A DNA stretch of 63,300 nt, filler included, from Bipalium vagum (taxonomy: Eukaryota), in the NCBI GenBank assembly GCA_037834085.1. It is 3 parts of 3 records of this genome, joined end to end, with 100 filler letters (N's around TTAATTAATTAA, not from the genome) between each part and the next. Parts side by side here need not be neighbours in the genome. Positions count along the whole stretch, not along the records: positions 21,107 to 46,049 come from JBBMKC010198275.1; positions 46,150 to 63,300 come from JBBMKC010076477.1; 1 more part is not named here. One strand, given 5' to 3'. This document shows positions 33,701-55,148 of the stretch, one piece after another (position 1 is the stretch's first letter; each line of letters opens with the position of its first letter). The translations under genes were made by a program, and so were the position numbers. A model generated the notes under the pieces. That model worked only from the letters and a program-made list of their open reading frames with translations, did no database searches and was not told the origin of the DNA.

Positions 33701-33990
33701 AATAGTTCACAATCGTAGTCATTGTCTTGTTTATTTACTTTCAGTTGACGATTAGTAATTTTGACATCAATCCCAAAAGCAATGTTTAAAGCAGAGTTTA
33801 AAACCTGAATCTGTTTCTGTACATAATTAGGAATAAAAACAGATTGAAGTAGATCAAAATAAAATGAAATTAAATGAGTCTTATAGTAAAAAAAAAGCAA
33901 TCCAATGTTTATTTAGAATATTCAAAGGACAAAACAATCTATCACCAGAAAAAAACCCAAAAAGTCACAATTTTTTCTGACCTATAAAAT
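30740..33990 (-). mobile_element. RLE-type non-LTR retrotransposon (NeSL/R2-like), degenerate, with Ulp1-like protease domain(s)
   Basis: Order on - strand: Ulp1-like (CPLNILNKHWIAF...YFD...KQDNDYDCELF, ~33960-33680); second Ulp1-like (~33460-32990); pre-RT RKVYRFSPSTAFKII; RT SWRPIASLNCSCKLF, LDVADAFGSID, GVRHGCPLFMWLFN, LAYADD; then CRHNSIQDYL and FTVGCLGS (zinc-knuckle/restriction-like endonuclease region); AATAAA near 30750. Many stops, frameshifts and deletions. Confidence 0.8.
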
Positions 33991-34079
33991 TACCTATGTT
34001 GATTTTTAGACCTACAATAAGAAAAACAATGTCAATAATAACAAGAAAGAAAATTGACAACCAAAAAATATATTTTTAT

Positions 34080-34720
34080 TAACAAATGAATAGTTTCTTC
34101 AAAGCTATTATGGTATTGTAATCACATAAATTCTTGAAGAAAATCAACTCTGAGGTGTTTATATGCTTCATGCATAGCTTTCAGTCTTCTTTGATCTTGT
34201 TGTTGCAGCTTTCGACATTCTTAGTGTGGACATTGCGGTCATAATCAACAAACTGATATTTATGACAAACCAATTCATGTATACATGTTTTGTTTAAGTC
34301 ACGATATACTCTTACCTCATCAGTGTATATTGCGCTGCCTTGTCTAACTACTCTGTATATGATTGAAAAGATAAAATTTTTGGTTCAAATTTCTCAGGGT
34401 TGTAGCTGCAATCTGCTATTACTAAGGCCCAGCATTGCTTAGATGGTCACCTTGGTCGATGAGCTTTTGCCTCGTGGTTTAACATCGTTTCTTCAATCTG
34501 AACTATTTTATTTGGCCACCTAACGATAGGATTTTTATCAAAATATATTTTTATATTCTCTATTAGTTTGGCTCAAAATGTGATATGAACTGATCTACAA
34601 ATGCATATATGAAATAATAAATAACCTGCTTATATTAACATATTTTATGATATCACATAGTTGAGTACCAAATGCCATTCTCATAAATATTTTCCTGTGG
34701 CATTTTTTTCTAAAAATCTA
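34080..34720 (-). mobile_element. Merlin (IS1595/ISXO2-like) transposase remnant
   Basis: PNKIVQIEET...CWALVIAD...VVRQGSAIYTDEVRVYRDL...HELVCHKYQFVD...VHTKNVES. Confidence 0.8.
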
Positions 34721-35084
34721 TTATTTGTAATAGCTGATTAGATGTCACCACCTGTTTTTATAAAAAGTTGAATATTTTTCTTTTATTTTTTCATTAATAC
34801 TTTTTTTAATACTATTTTTAAAATTTACATTTGTAATCAAACTTTTATTAAAAACCTCACAAAAGTATTTTTTTATCAATTTTTAAAAAAATGAAAAGTA
34901 GATTGATAGGTGTTGTGAAATTCATAAAATTGAAAGCAGCCAAAACCAAATAGGGTTAAATTTTGAAAATCAAAAAATATGAAAAAATTGAGTAAATTAA
35001 AAAATGTACTCAAAAAATTAATAATCAATTAAAATTTGGAATTTGAAAAAAATTGATAATAGTGGGAAAATGGCTAATTGTGTG

Positions 35085-35312
35085 AGTATTCAATATTCGA
35101 TATTTTGATATTGTAGTGTTTGGTATTCAACATTCGGTATTTATAAAATTGGAAAAATCGAAACCAAATTGTGTTTATTTGACATTCGATATTCCACATT
35201 GAAAAACTTATTACTAACCTATTATTATTGATATTCGGTATTCGATATTCATAAAATTGAATAAAAAATCAAAACCAAATTACATTTATTCAATATTCAG
35301 TTTTCGATATTG
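35085..35312. repeat. Degenerate tandem repeat built from TATTCGA-like heptamers; two related ~110-bp units
   Basis: Repeated gatattc/tattcgg/tattcaa words and a duplicated ataaaattg..aaaaatc.aaaccaaatt block. Confidence 0.55.
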
Positions 35313-35815
35313 TAAGAAAACTAAATTTATGGGCTTGGATGTTTGTCGCAATTAGCTTTTTCCCCACTACTTGAGGGATCCCAGTAACCGGAAGGAAGTT
35401 GGTTTTTAAGACAAATTCCTTGAGGAAAAGGTAAACCATCAAAGGACTGATCCAGACACTCGTTGACTAGGGACTCAAGCTACAAAGAGGAAATTTTGTA
35501 ATAAATAAATTTTGATTTTCAGTTTTCTGTTTAACAATAAATGAAAAATTATTAACAGATCAATTTATCGAAAGATATTTTTAATGAGTTTTCAGATTCT
35601 GAAATAATACTTAGTTATAAAATAAAAAAATATATTAAATGAAGAAAATTAAGTTTTTTCCTCTTACGAAAAATAACTTTAAATATAGAAAATCGTATTT
35701 AATTTATTAATTTTTTATCAAATTTTGATTAAATTTTATAATTGTTTTAATATACTAGAAAAATAGTTTTGAAGGACAAATTTTAAACGTGTATTTGTTT
35801 TCTAATTTGAAATAA

Positions 35816-45958
<10,143 letters not shown>

Positions 45959-45974
45959 TAAATTTTTAATAATT

Positions 45975-45992
45975 TATTATTTATTATTATTA

Positions 45993-46049
<57 letters not shown>

Positions 46050-46149
46050 NNNNNNNNNNNNNNNNNNNNNNNNNNNNNNNNNNNNNNNNNNNNTTAATTA
46101 ATTAANNNNNNNNNNNNNNNNNNNNNNNNNNNNNNNNNNNNNNNNNNNN

Positions 46150-46202
<53 letters not shown>

Positions 46203-46219
46203 TATTATTATTATTATTA
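45975..46219. repeat. (ATT)n/(AAT)n microsatellites flanking a second 100-bp linker gap (linker 46094-46105)
   Basis: N 46050-46149 with central TTAATTAATTAA. Confidence 0.95.
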
Positions 46220-46689
46220 GAGGACAATTCGTTATTGACGATTAGTGGTGCAACTCAATCGGATTTTGGCGCACATATTTTGCCTTTCAATAGTCCCAAA
46301 CAACATTTATTATTTCTTTTCGGATTAAAATGAATATACCTTTACTCAAAAATTATCCATTTTAAAGATACTAAAATTACAGAGTTGCTCCATTGGACAG
46401 TTTATAAAACATGTTTTAAGCCAGGAATTATTATTTTTGTGAATTAATTCGGTGTGCTTTTATGTGAAATTATTATTGATTATTTTTAAAAAAAATGATA
46501 ATTTCACATTTATATATTTTTTAGTTTTGAAATATGTAATATTTTAGTAAAAACAACCTTTGCAATTGTTACAAAAAAAATCTTTTTTTACTCAATTAAA
46601 ACATTTGAACTGAAAAAACTATATTTCCTGGAAGTGTTGATTTTCTGCCATTTGAAAGGAAGCTCATCGAATTCCCATGTTAAATTGTT

Positions 46690-47210
46690 GCAAGGTATAA
46701 ATCATACAGAAAATGGTTTAAATGTTTCAAGATGGCCAATTTCAGTGTAAATGAAAAACGTCGTTCGGGTCAACGGAAAAGTTCGGTAACAATGAGTTAC
46801 AGGTGCTAATCGATGAAAATCTGTATCAATCACAACGTGAGCCCATGTTAAATGTTGATAGAACACTAATTTCTGTGCGTTTAGCAAACATGAGAATGAT
46901 TTATAAAGGACTAAGTTGTTACTATATGAACTGATGGATAGAGACATAAAGAGACGGGGAACAATGTGTGAGATCTTGCTTGAAAGGCAAACAGAAAAAG
47001 GTTTTGCATCGCATTTTGACTGGAGACAAAAATTTGATGTACTTCCATATTACTAAACGAAGAATTCGATATTTAACCCAAAACATTCTTCCAAATCGAT
47101 ACTAAAGTGGAATATTCAACGCAAGAAAGTCTTTATTTGTATATGGTGAACTAAAACGATATAGTGTATCACGAGTTATTAAAGGAGAACTTAACCGTCA
47201 CTGTTGAAAA
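46690..47210 (+). mobile_element. mariner fragment
   Basis: Degenerate RSGQRK, HRILTGDKNLMY, KVFICIW, IVYHELLK. Confidence 0.7.
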
Positions 47211-47989
47211 ATAATAAAATTATAGACTCAAGGGATGATTTTTCAGTTTACTACCCTTAGGGATCAAACTGAAATCATTTGGAAATCCTACTTTCTCTGT
47301 TTGATCAGTTAATCCTTAAGAATAATGGTAAGATAATATTGTTTCTTCAATAAAACTCGTAAAAGTATAGATTTACAGTTATATTGGTTTCTAATAAGCG
47401 TAAACATAAATCAAAACTTTTTTATTGAAAATCAATAACTGACTTATTTTTTTCAAGTATGATATAAAAAATTCAAGCATAATTTCAAAAAAATTTGACT
47501 CTTAACTTAATTAAGTCCCACTTTAATTCATTTCTTACCTTTCAAATCTTGACTATCTGGATCTTTCTAGTGATGAAGGCTGTCACAAATGTAACTGATC
47601 ATTGTTCAGCATTCGTGTTGCCTTTTTCTGAAAAGTATTGACTCCTGGAAAGATGTACGGAGTTTCACTCTATATGTGGGTTCTTTTAGCTGATATTCAT
47701 CTCCAGTTTTTAGAACTCCTTCGATGAGTTTAAAACTTGTTCCGTGGATAATTTTGATGCTTACATCATTGATCATTTTTTCTCTTTCAGAAGTAAATCT
47801 TATTATCGTAAGTTCTTGTAAATCAACGAATATAATAAATGTTTACCTAAATATTCTTTATAAATGATCAAGTGTTTCACATCCAGGGTTATAAAATTTT
47901 CGTCGATTGATGTTTTCTATGTGTGGATGACCGTTGCCCTGAAGCAATTTAAAACATCTATTTTTCTAACTTCTTGGCAATAATGGTGT

Positions 47990-48744
47990 CACCATATCTC
48001 AGAAAGCTATGATAAGACCAGAACGGAAAAGATTAACGTCGCCATAATCTTTTCCGGTGCGTCATTGACTTTGTAAATTGTTTGGGATGCTCATCATAAT
48101 CAATTGAAACAGATAGTTCATTATTATGCAAAAACCACTTCTAATGGCACGAATCAATGGCACTTTGTTGCGCCAAAGTCTGGAACACATATCATAACGG
48201 GTATTTCTTTGACCTTTGATCAATTCGTGCGATACCCAGTTGTCAATCCTCTTAACCTTTCCAATTGTGTTTAAGTGGTACCGAACTGTTGTATGATGAG
48301 CGTTGATGTTTTTCGCAACTTTCCATGTGGTTTTCCTTGGGTCTACTTTGATCATTGTCTTCAACTGAACATTATTAATATCCAAAACTTTTTACAACCT
48401 CGAATTTGGTATTACGGTCCGTAAAATTTCCAAACCATCTACGTGTGGTTTGTTAAGATGGTGATAGATTACCCAATACCTGGGTTACGTGTCTTGTTAT
48501 TTAAGAGTATTATGACCAAGTTTGAATTTGTGCAACAAAATTATCCGGACATGGTTTTAAAAGCATTTCCAAAATTGATAAAAAATTACAAAAAAAATGA
48601 TGCATCCCAAACATTAACTAATTGATTATTAAGCAAAACACGCGCTCTGAAATTATAAATAACAATATAAAATTTATTCTAAACATACAGAAACGATTAG
48701 GACTAACAAATTGAAAAACGGTCATTATTTTTGCATCAACCTAA
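47990..48744 (-). mobile_element. mariner (cecropia/Hsmar1-like) 5' half with TIR
   Basis: TIR (reverse) TTAGGTTGATGCAAAAATAATGACCGTTTT; QLKTMIKVDPRKTT...IGKVKRIDNWVSHEL. Confidence 0.8.
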
Positions 48745-48999
48745 TATATAGGGTTGTTGTATTAAAATATCTATTTGATGAAATACTTGGAAAACACAAT
48801 TATCAGTGTTTCTTAAATGTTGAAAATGGTTACCTTTATTTTCAAGGGATTTCTGCCAACGATTTCACAGTTGTCTTATTATATCTGCAAAGAATGTAGG
48901 CGATTTTGAACTGAACCATTTTTTATGTCAACCACGAGTTCATCAGAATTTTTACGTATTTCCACACATTAAACATGTTTTTGAGGAAAACAGATAATA

Positions 49000-49720
49000 A
49001 TCAGACAGAGAAAGATCCGTAGAGTAGAAGAATCTGAAGAACTTTGAATACAATCTCTAAAAGCTTTTGTTGAGTATTTCTACTAATAACATGCGGACGT
49101 GCAATATCTTGCAAAAGCGAACATTTTCAAAGCTTCCTAACAATTGTTGCCTATTTTGTCAAAGAGACTGAACTAGTTTATCCAACTGAAGACTGTAAAT
49201 ATCTTAATTTATGTTTGTATTGGGAGGAAGTGCATCGCATAAGAAGATTCCTTTGCAGTGCCAAAATATTGTCGCGAGATATTTTCTGGAAGTCAGGGAT
49301 TTTTGAATGGACTTTGTTAAATGATCATCAGAACCACACCACAACCTATTATGGTATGATTTGTCCCCATTATCCCAATATAATCAAACTTTATTTACAG
49401 TAATAAGTTGTAAAAGGAAATTATTACCATGGCATATGACCAGCAATTCATAACAAATTCTTGTTCTATTCTGCTAGTTTTATTCCGTAAAGATGTGGCA
49501 GCCATCTATTTATAAGACATTTCTTCTCCATTTTTCGTAAATGTCTAGTTATTGATGCATGATTTATATTAAATTCTTCTGCCATTACACGGAATGCTGC
49601 ATATTTGTCACTCTTCAGGAAATCATTGATCTTTTCTTCCAAGTTATCGATCTTCATAGGACAGCCATGCCGCTCCTTATCCTCAACTTTAAAATTCCCA
49701 CATCCAAAGACAAATTATAA
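49000..49720 (-). mobile_element. mariner fragment
   Basis: RHGCP...MAEEFNINHASITRHLRKM...RWLPHL. Confidence 0.6.
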
Positions 49721-50729
49721 ATCTAGAATTAAAAAAAAAAGTTTGCTATTTGAGATCGATTTTTCGTGCGACATTTATTCGTCTATCTTTGTGTTGGAGA
49801 AACAAAGTCTCATTGTGATCGTTTTGATTCAAATTTTTTCGAATACGTTAAAAACATAAGTGTAAAGATCATTGAACTAACGAGCTAAGTGTAACGAAAG
49901 GTTTTATAGAAATATAAGCCAACGAAAAGTAGACATTTTTTAAATGTTTAAACAGAAAAAGAATATAACATTTCAAGAAAAGATTATGAGTTTAAAAAGG
50001 GAAATATTAATTTTATTCTTTCTGATAGAAATGAAGAAATTCAACCCCGAATAAATTAGAAAAAGGTAAGAAAATCAAAATATTATGGAAATGTATTTCA
50101 CAGGAGAAAGATATAATAAATTATAAATTCTTATTAATAAATTATATTATTAAATTACTAATAAATTATTATGATAAATTATAATGTATTAAAATTTAAT
50201 TTAATTATTAATTATTAATTCTTTTATATTTCCTTTAATCCAATTTCTTCTAACAACATGTTAATTCTGTTGAAAAAAAATATTACAAGGTAAGTTGCTT
50301 AGAAAGAAGTTAACTCGACACGAGTCACAAAAATCTTGTTGAAAATCTCAAAGATCAAAGAATCCAGAAAATGACGTCATTTTGAAAATGTTAAGATTTT
50401 TTGCACAATGAATTTTTATAAATAAAAAATAAAAATTTGTCATATAAAGAATAAAAAAAAATTCATTTAATTATTTTTTTTAAAATAAAATTTTTAAAAA
50501 AAAAATTTATATAAAAAATGATAAAATTTATTTGTTTTTTTCCACTTATCACAGAGCTTATTTAAAGTAAAATGGACACCAAAGAAAAATATAGAAAAAT
50601 GATTTTTATTATTATTATTATTATTATTATTAAAGTAATTGTATTGATTAAGGAATAAAGGCCCACGAAATTGGTTTTTGGAAAGATTTCCGGACCGTAA
50701 TTTTTTACAATGATCTCATACAGTTTGCA

Positions 50730-53700
50730 ATGAAAGCTGAAAACCCCGAGAGTTTTACAATAATTTTCGCATCATTTTTTTATTTTATTTATTTTTCTGA
50801 GTTCATTAAAACAAGGTCAGCGATGTGAGCGATAAATAATTGGGAGAAAAGAAATCACATTGACAATATCTGTTGACATTTTCCAATAAATCTCGTCGAT
50901 TTGTTGATCAACGGAGACAGGTTGGGGTCCAACTGTGGAAAAACGTAAATTAATTAATTAATTATTATTTATTTTCCATCATGAAACCCATGAACGTTGA
51001 CATCGATCTCAACAAGCCAATATTTTTATAATAAAAAAAAAATATTATTATTTTTAGGAAAAATTTCCATGTTCTCCTTCTATGGCAACGAAATTTTCTT
51101 TTGCGATGATTAAAACAAATTCTCAATCGAGACAGGGAATATTTCATTATATTTTAATTAATAAAAATAAATCGATTTATTTGTCTCGTTTGTTTTGTCC
51201 ACAGGCTCCAAGTGTGAAATATTTGTACTTTATTCCCTGTTGAAAACGACTGCGAACATTTCCTGTGGCTCTCAGGGGTTGAGGTTTGTTGGAAAAGAAA
51301 GGGGAAAGGAAAGTGCAAACCGAACAATAAAGGAACACAATTGAATTTCCTGCGACCAAATGTTACGGGAAAGTGCGGTATCTTCAAAACATATACAGTG
51401 CAATATAAAATAATAATATAAAGTAGTAAAAAGTAATATTTGTGGTATGGAGGATCTGTTTTGGTTTAACGACCAGGAGATATTACTCGCTGCACATATC
51501 TGCCAGTACGTTACACCGGTCGACGCAGGGGTTCAAAATCTATCCACCAAGGGACTGGCAGCTCCAATCCGACGACGGGTGCAGCAACAACGCTATTCCT
51601 CATACTAGCAATATCAACCTTTGATAACTCCGGTCTCATGGTATTATCCGATTACCAAAGGTACAAAACGCTCAAAACCTATCAACTCAGAGCTATTAGG
51701 TGATACACTTGAGATCTTGACTGATGAAGATCGATAACATGGAAGAAAAGATCAATGACTGACGGAGCGCCTGAGTTTCCAGATTTTTATAATAAAAACT
51801 TTTAAATGTGACAGTTAAAACAATTTTTAACCAAATATTATTGGACCTCTTTCAAGTAATGGCCACTTAATGATATTGTTTACCGTGCCAGTTAAATTTC
51901 GCAACGTCTTAGGTTTTGGGTTTTGAGAAGGACAGAAAAGAAGGACATTATTTGAAAATGAAGCTCCATGTAAGGCTACTGTGTATAATTGGACCAGAGG
52001 GTTTTCGGTTTACAGATGAAAGGAAACCATTTTTGAAAAACTTGCACTAGTCGTAGGAACTCTTCTTTTGGAACTCTATTTTCTGTCTTCGTACTTTTTT
52101 GACAAGTGATATTACTGGGAGGCCTATTAGGACTACACCATGGGTGTAAAGTCGGCACAAAGTATTTTTTCAGCGATTACATTCATAGTTTGGTGAATTG
52201 TCTGAACTTGTCCTTTGTCATGGAAAAGATAGATCTTCTGATTCCGTGGGTTTCGTTGTAACTTTCTCACAGTACAAACAAGCGTGCCGTAGTAGTTTGA
52301 TTCGATGATTTCAAGAGTCAAATTGGTCATGCTCACATCCCAAAACAACCTGAGAATTGAATAGGGCCAGACATTCTTGGCACGCTTGTATTTGCATTTT
52401 TTGTATATCTGTTGACAAAAATGTGGAACTGGTACATAATTTCCTAATTCCAATGCTCTCCATCATGTTCCGTACAGGTTTCTTGCATAAATTAACTATA
52501 GTAAGCAGATCTGTCTTCCTCTCTCTCTGGTAATTCTTCTCTTCCCTTCACAATAATTCTTTTTTTCAGATATCTCTTCTCCAATTTCGTATCTTTGTAC
52601 TTTTCTTTCTTCACCAAACACGCTGTTCTTTCGAGAAGAATATTGTCATCCAATTATAAATAGTAGCCTTGTGTGGAGCTCCTTTTTGTCCTCAGAAACA
52701 AAAAAACTACAACGTTGCAAAATTCAACTTGTCGGTGCATTTTTTAAGAAATCACCCGAAATTATGTCATTAAACGGTCAATAAATATTGATCCATTAAA
52801 ATATGATCAATAATATTTGCGTATATTAATTGGCCTATGTAGAAAATTTCATGGACTTCTCGATTTTATTTCTGTACGAGTCTAAGGGTTTTTTATCCAC
52901 ACCACTTCCTTGCTGATAAGTAGATTCATCAAAAATACAAATGTATAGTGTTCGTATGCAGTGAGATTTCCTTGGGATTTTATCGTGTATGCTAACTCTG
53001 ACCTTTTGAACGTTCAACTTTAGCTAGCGTGCCTTTCATTTTAGACGTAGATTTGCTCTCATTAACAACAGTGGTTGATTTCGGTTATGGCCAAATTCAA
53101 CTTTAAACACCATTATAAATCTGAATCCGAAATTGATACTCCTTATTGTTCTACAGCTCACTCTATCACAAAGAAGTAACAGAATTAATCACACTAAAAT
53201 ATATTTGTATCATAACGAACAAAAACTTAATGGAGTCTTTATGAAGGTGAACATGAAATTTTACCATGGAAAAGTGTGAATTGTGCAAGACTTAAAGGTC
53301 GAAAGATCGCAAGTGAAAAGATGGAACTAAATGTTTAAAAGAAACTCTAGATTTATTTCTCAACCTTGGAAAGGTTTCGATAAGATAAAAATATTTTGTG
53401 AAACGAATCTGATTGACAATTAAATATTAATCTTAAGAAAACAAAGATTTTTTAGAACTGACGCAATATTCAAGTTCGAAAATATTCGGGCACATCAACG
53501 AAGGAGTGAAAGCGGCCAAAAATGAAAAATACAAAAATCAAAAAAGATATACGAAATCAGTGATTCTCTCTGGATCTCTCCATTATAGATCACTTATGGA
53601 ATGTACTTTACAGGATATTGTAAAAAGAGTATGCGAACCACCTGCCTCCCTGGAATCTTTAAAAAATCGATTGAAAGAGCAGTGGAACTTAACTCATTTT

Positions 53701-54645
53701 GAAACAGTCAAGTCTTTGTTCGTCAGTATGCCACTCTGAATTGCGGAATGTTCTGAAAATAATGGTGGTCTTATATCCTACTGATGGAAAGTTTATCAAT
53801 GTTGTTGACATTTGTATGTTCGTCTTTAACAAGGTTAACTTAATAGGAATTATAAATGTCAAATTATTGTTTTTTTTAAAACCATTTTCTAAGTTGGAGG
53901 GGGGTAATGTTGGCGCACAATATATTTTAAATTTTATTTAATAATACATAATATAATATAATATACGTATTATAAATGTGCAATAGAGAATTTTGATTGG
54001 ACGATTGCATAATTAAATTAAATCAATAAATTGAAAATATATAAAGAATTGCAAATCCCAATGTTTGATAATTAAATTTGTTTAAAATTCAGATTTGAAG
54101 TGGAGGAGGCCGAAATAATAAATTTTGAACACACTGACGTTAATAATAATAATCGTCTTTTGTTATCTTTTCATTTAGCGAAGTTTCCTTAAAGGCTATA
54201 GAAAGACTCTTCATATTTGTGATATCACGACTGATTTCACAAAAGAGAAAACCGTAATAAACGTCAGTGAGACCCCTCTTGGTGGAGCAGATGATATAAT
54301 TATTTTCAACGTCAAATGGGACAACTCCTGCTAGCGAATTTTCGATTTTAACTCAAAGTCAAAGTTCAATCTTCAGTAGTCAACATCGTTGAATGCTCGC
54401 CCTCCCCGTAACCGTTGATAAAACCATTTTTTATTGTTTATAATCTCTTTCGGATTCACCAAATATTTAAAATTGACATTCGCTCACTGAAACCAGACCA
54501 GCACGCCAAATCCCAAACATTTGCCATTGTCAGGTATTCGTTTTCAGAATCGCTTTACTCATCAGAGCAAAGAGAAGTCTCCTGTGGCTTCTCACACCGA
54601 AGTACGGGACGACCCACCAAACGCCTGATTCCCAGTAATTCCTGA
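50730..54645 (+). CDS. Candidate orphan secreted protein (about 130-160 aa), multi-exon with a 24-nt micro-exon; needs one -1 indel in a T7 run
   Basis: Exons 50730-50815, 50921-50944, 51205-51283, 54093-54138, then 54179-54334 (stop) or 54179-54281 + 54377-54407 + 54534-54645. All GT-AG and phase-consistent if T7 at 50775-50781 is T6. Hydrophobic N-terminus, NIS/NVS sequons, 4-5 Cys. No homology recognised. Confidence 0.45.
53550..53780 (+). mobile_element. Tc1 transposase C-terminal fragment
   Basis: SLDLSIIDHLWN...PPASLESLKNRLKEQWN...KSLFVSMP. Confidence 0.65.
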
Positions 54646-55148
54646 GAGTCAAATTAAGTTTCACTCTCAGGGCCCCCAGTTCGGAAAATCGTACGAGAGA
54701 GATCGTTAACAGTTTTTATAACGACAAAAATCAAATGAAATTACTCTCAAATTTTAATTCGAAAATATTTATTGCCAAATTTACTTTTGGAAATAATTCT
54801 GAGTCCTTTTCATTTAGAGAATTCTGATTGGTCGAAAATGAAGAAAATACGAGAGAGAAAAAATACGACTCTTAATTGAATAAATAAATAAATAAATAAA
54901 TAAATAAATATGTACACATTTATGTGATAAAATAAATCTTCACATTTTCGCATCGGTGAAAATGGTAAAATGAACGACAACAATGAGAAATAAATAAAAT
55001 GTGAAGCTCTTTGCGCTGAAACATTTGTTTCTGTTGTAACTGTTTTGTTTTAATTCTGGCAAATTGCCCGGCAAAAGGTTTTCTTTTCTGACTAGATCTG
55101 AACAGAAATTTCATCATAAAAATAAAGAAAAAATAATTTATTTTTATA

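Noticed and set aside
35330-35420. Twister or HDV ribozyme at the 5' end of the non-LTR element
   Set aside because: Only short word matches (GTTACTG, CCAAGCCC); the required pseudoknot pairings are not found.
51400-53050. Protein-coding gene from ORFs 51976-52453
   Set aside because: Broken frames without splice-consistent structure. It is probably old repeat debris, but I could not assign a family.
54535-54570. Hammerhead ribozyme core (CTGATGA...GAAA on the - strand)
   Set aside because: Stem II cannot form between the core motifs and no stem III/cleavage triplet fits. Other CTGATGA hits (e.g. 51721) also lack the GAAA and stems.
54130-54720. RNase MRP/P, U3 or telomerase RNA in the GC-richer island
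   Set aside because: Only isolated look-alike words are present, with no CR-I/P4 pairing, U3 box order or telomeric template. Plus-strand exons explain the composition better.
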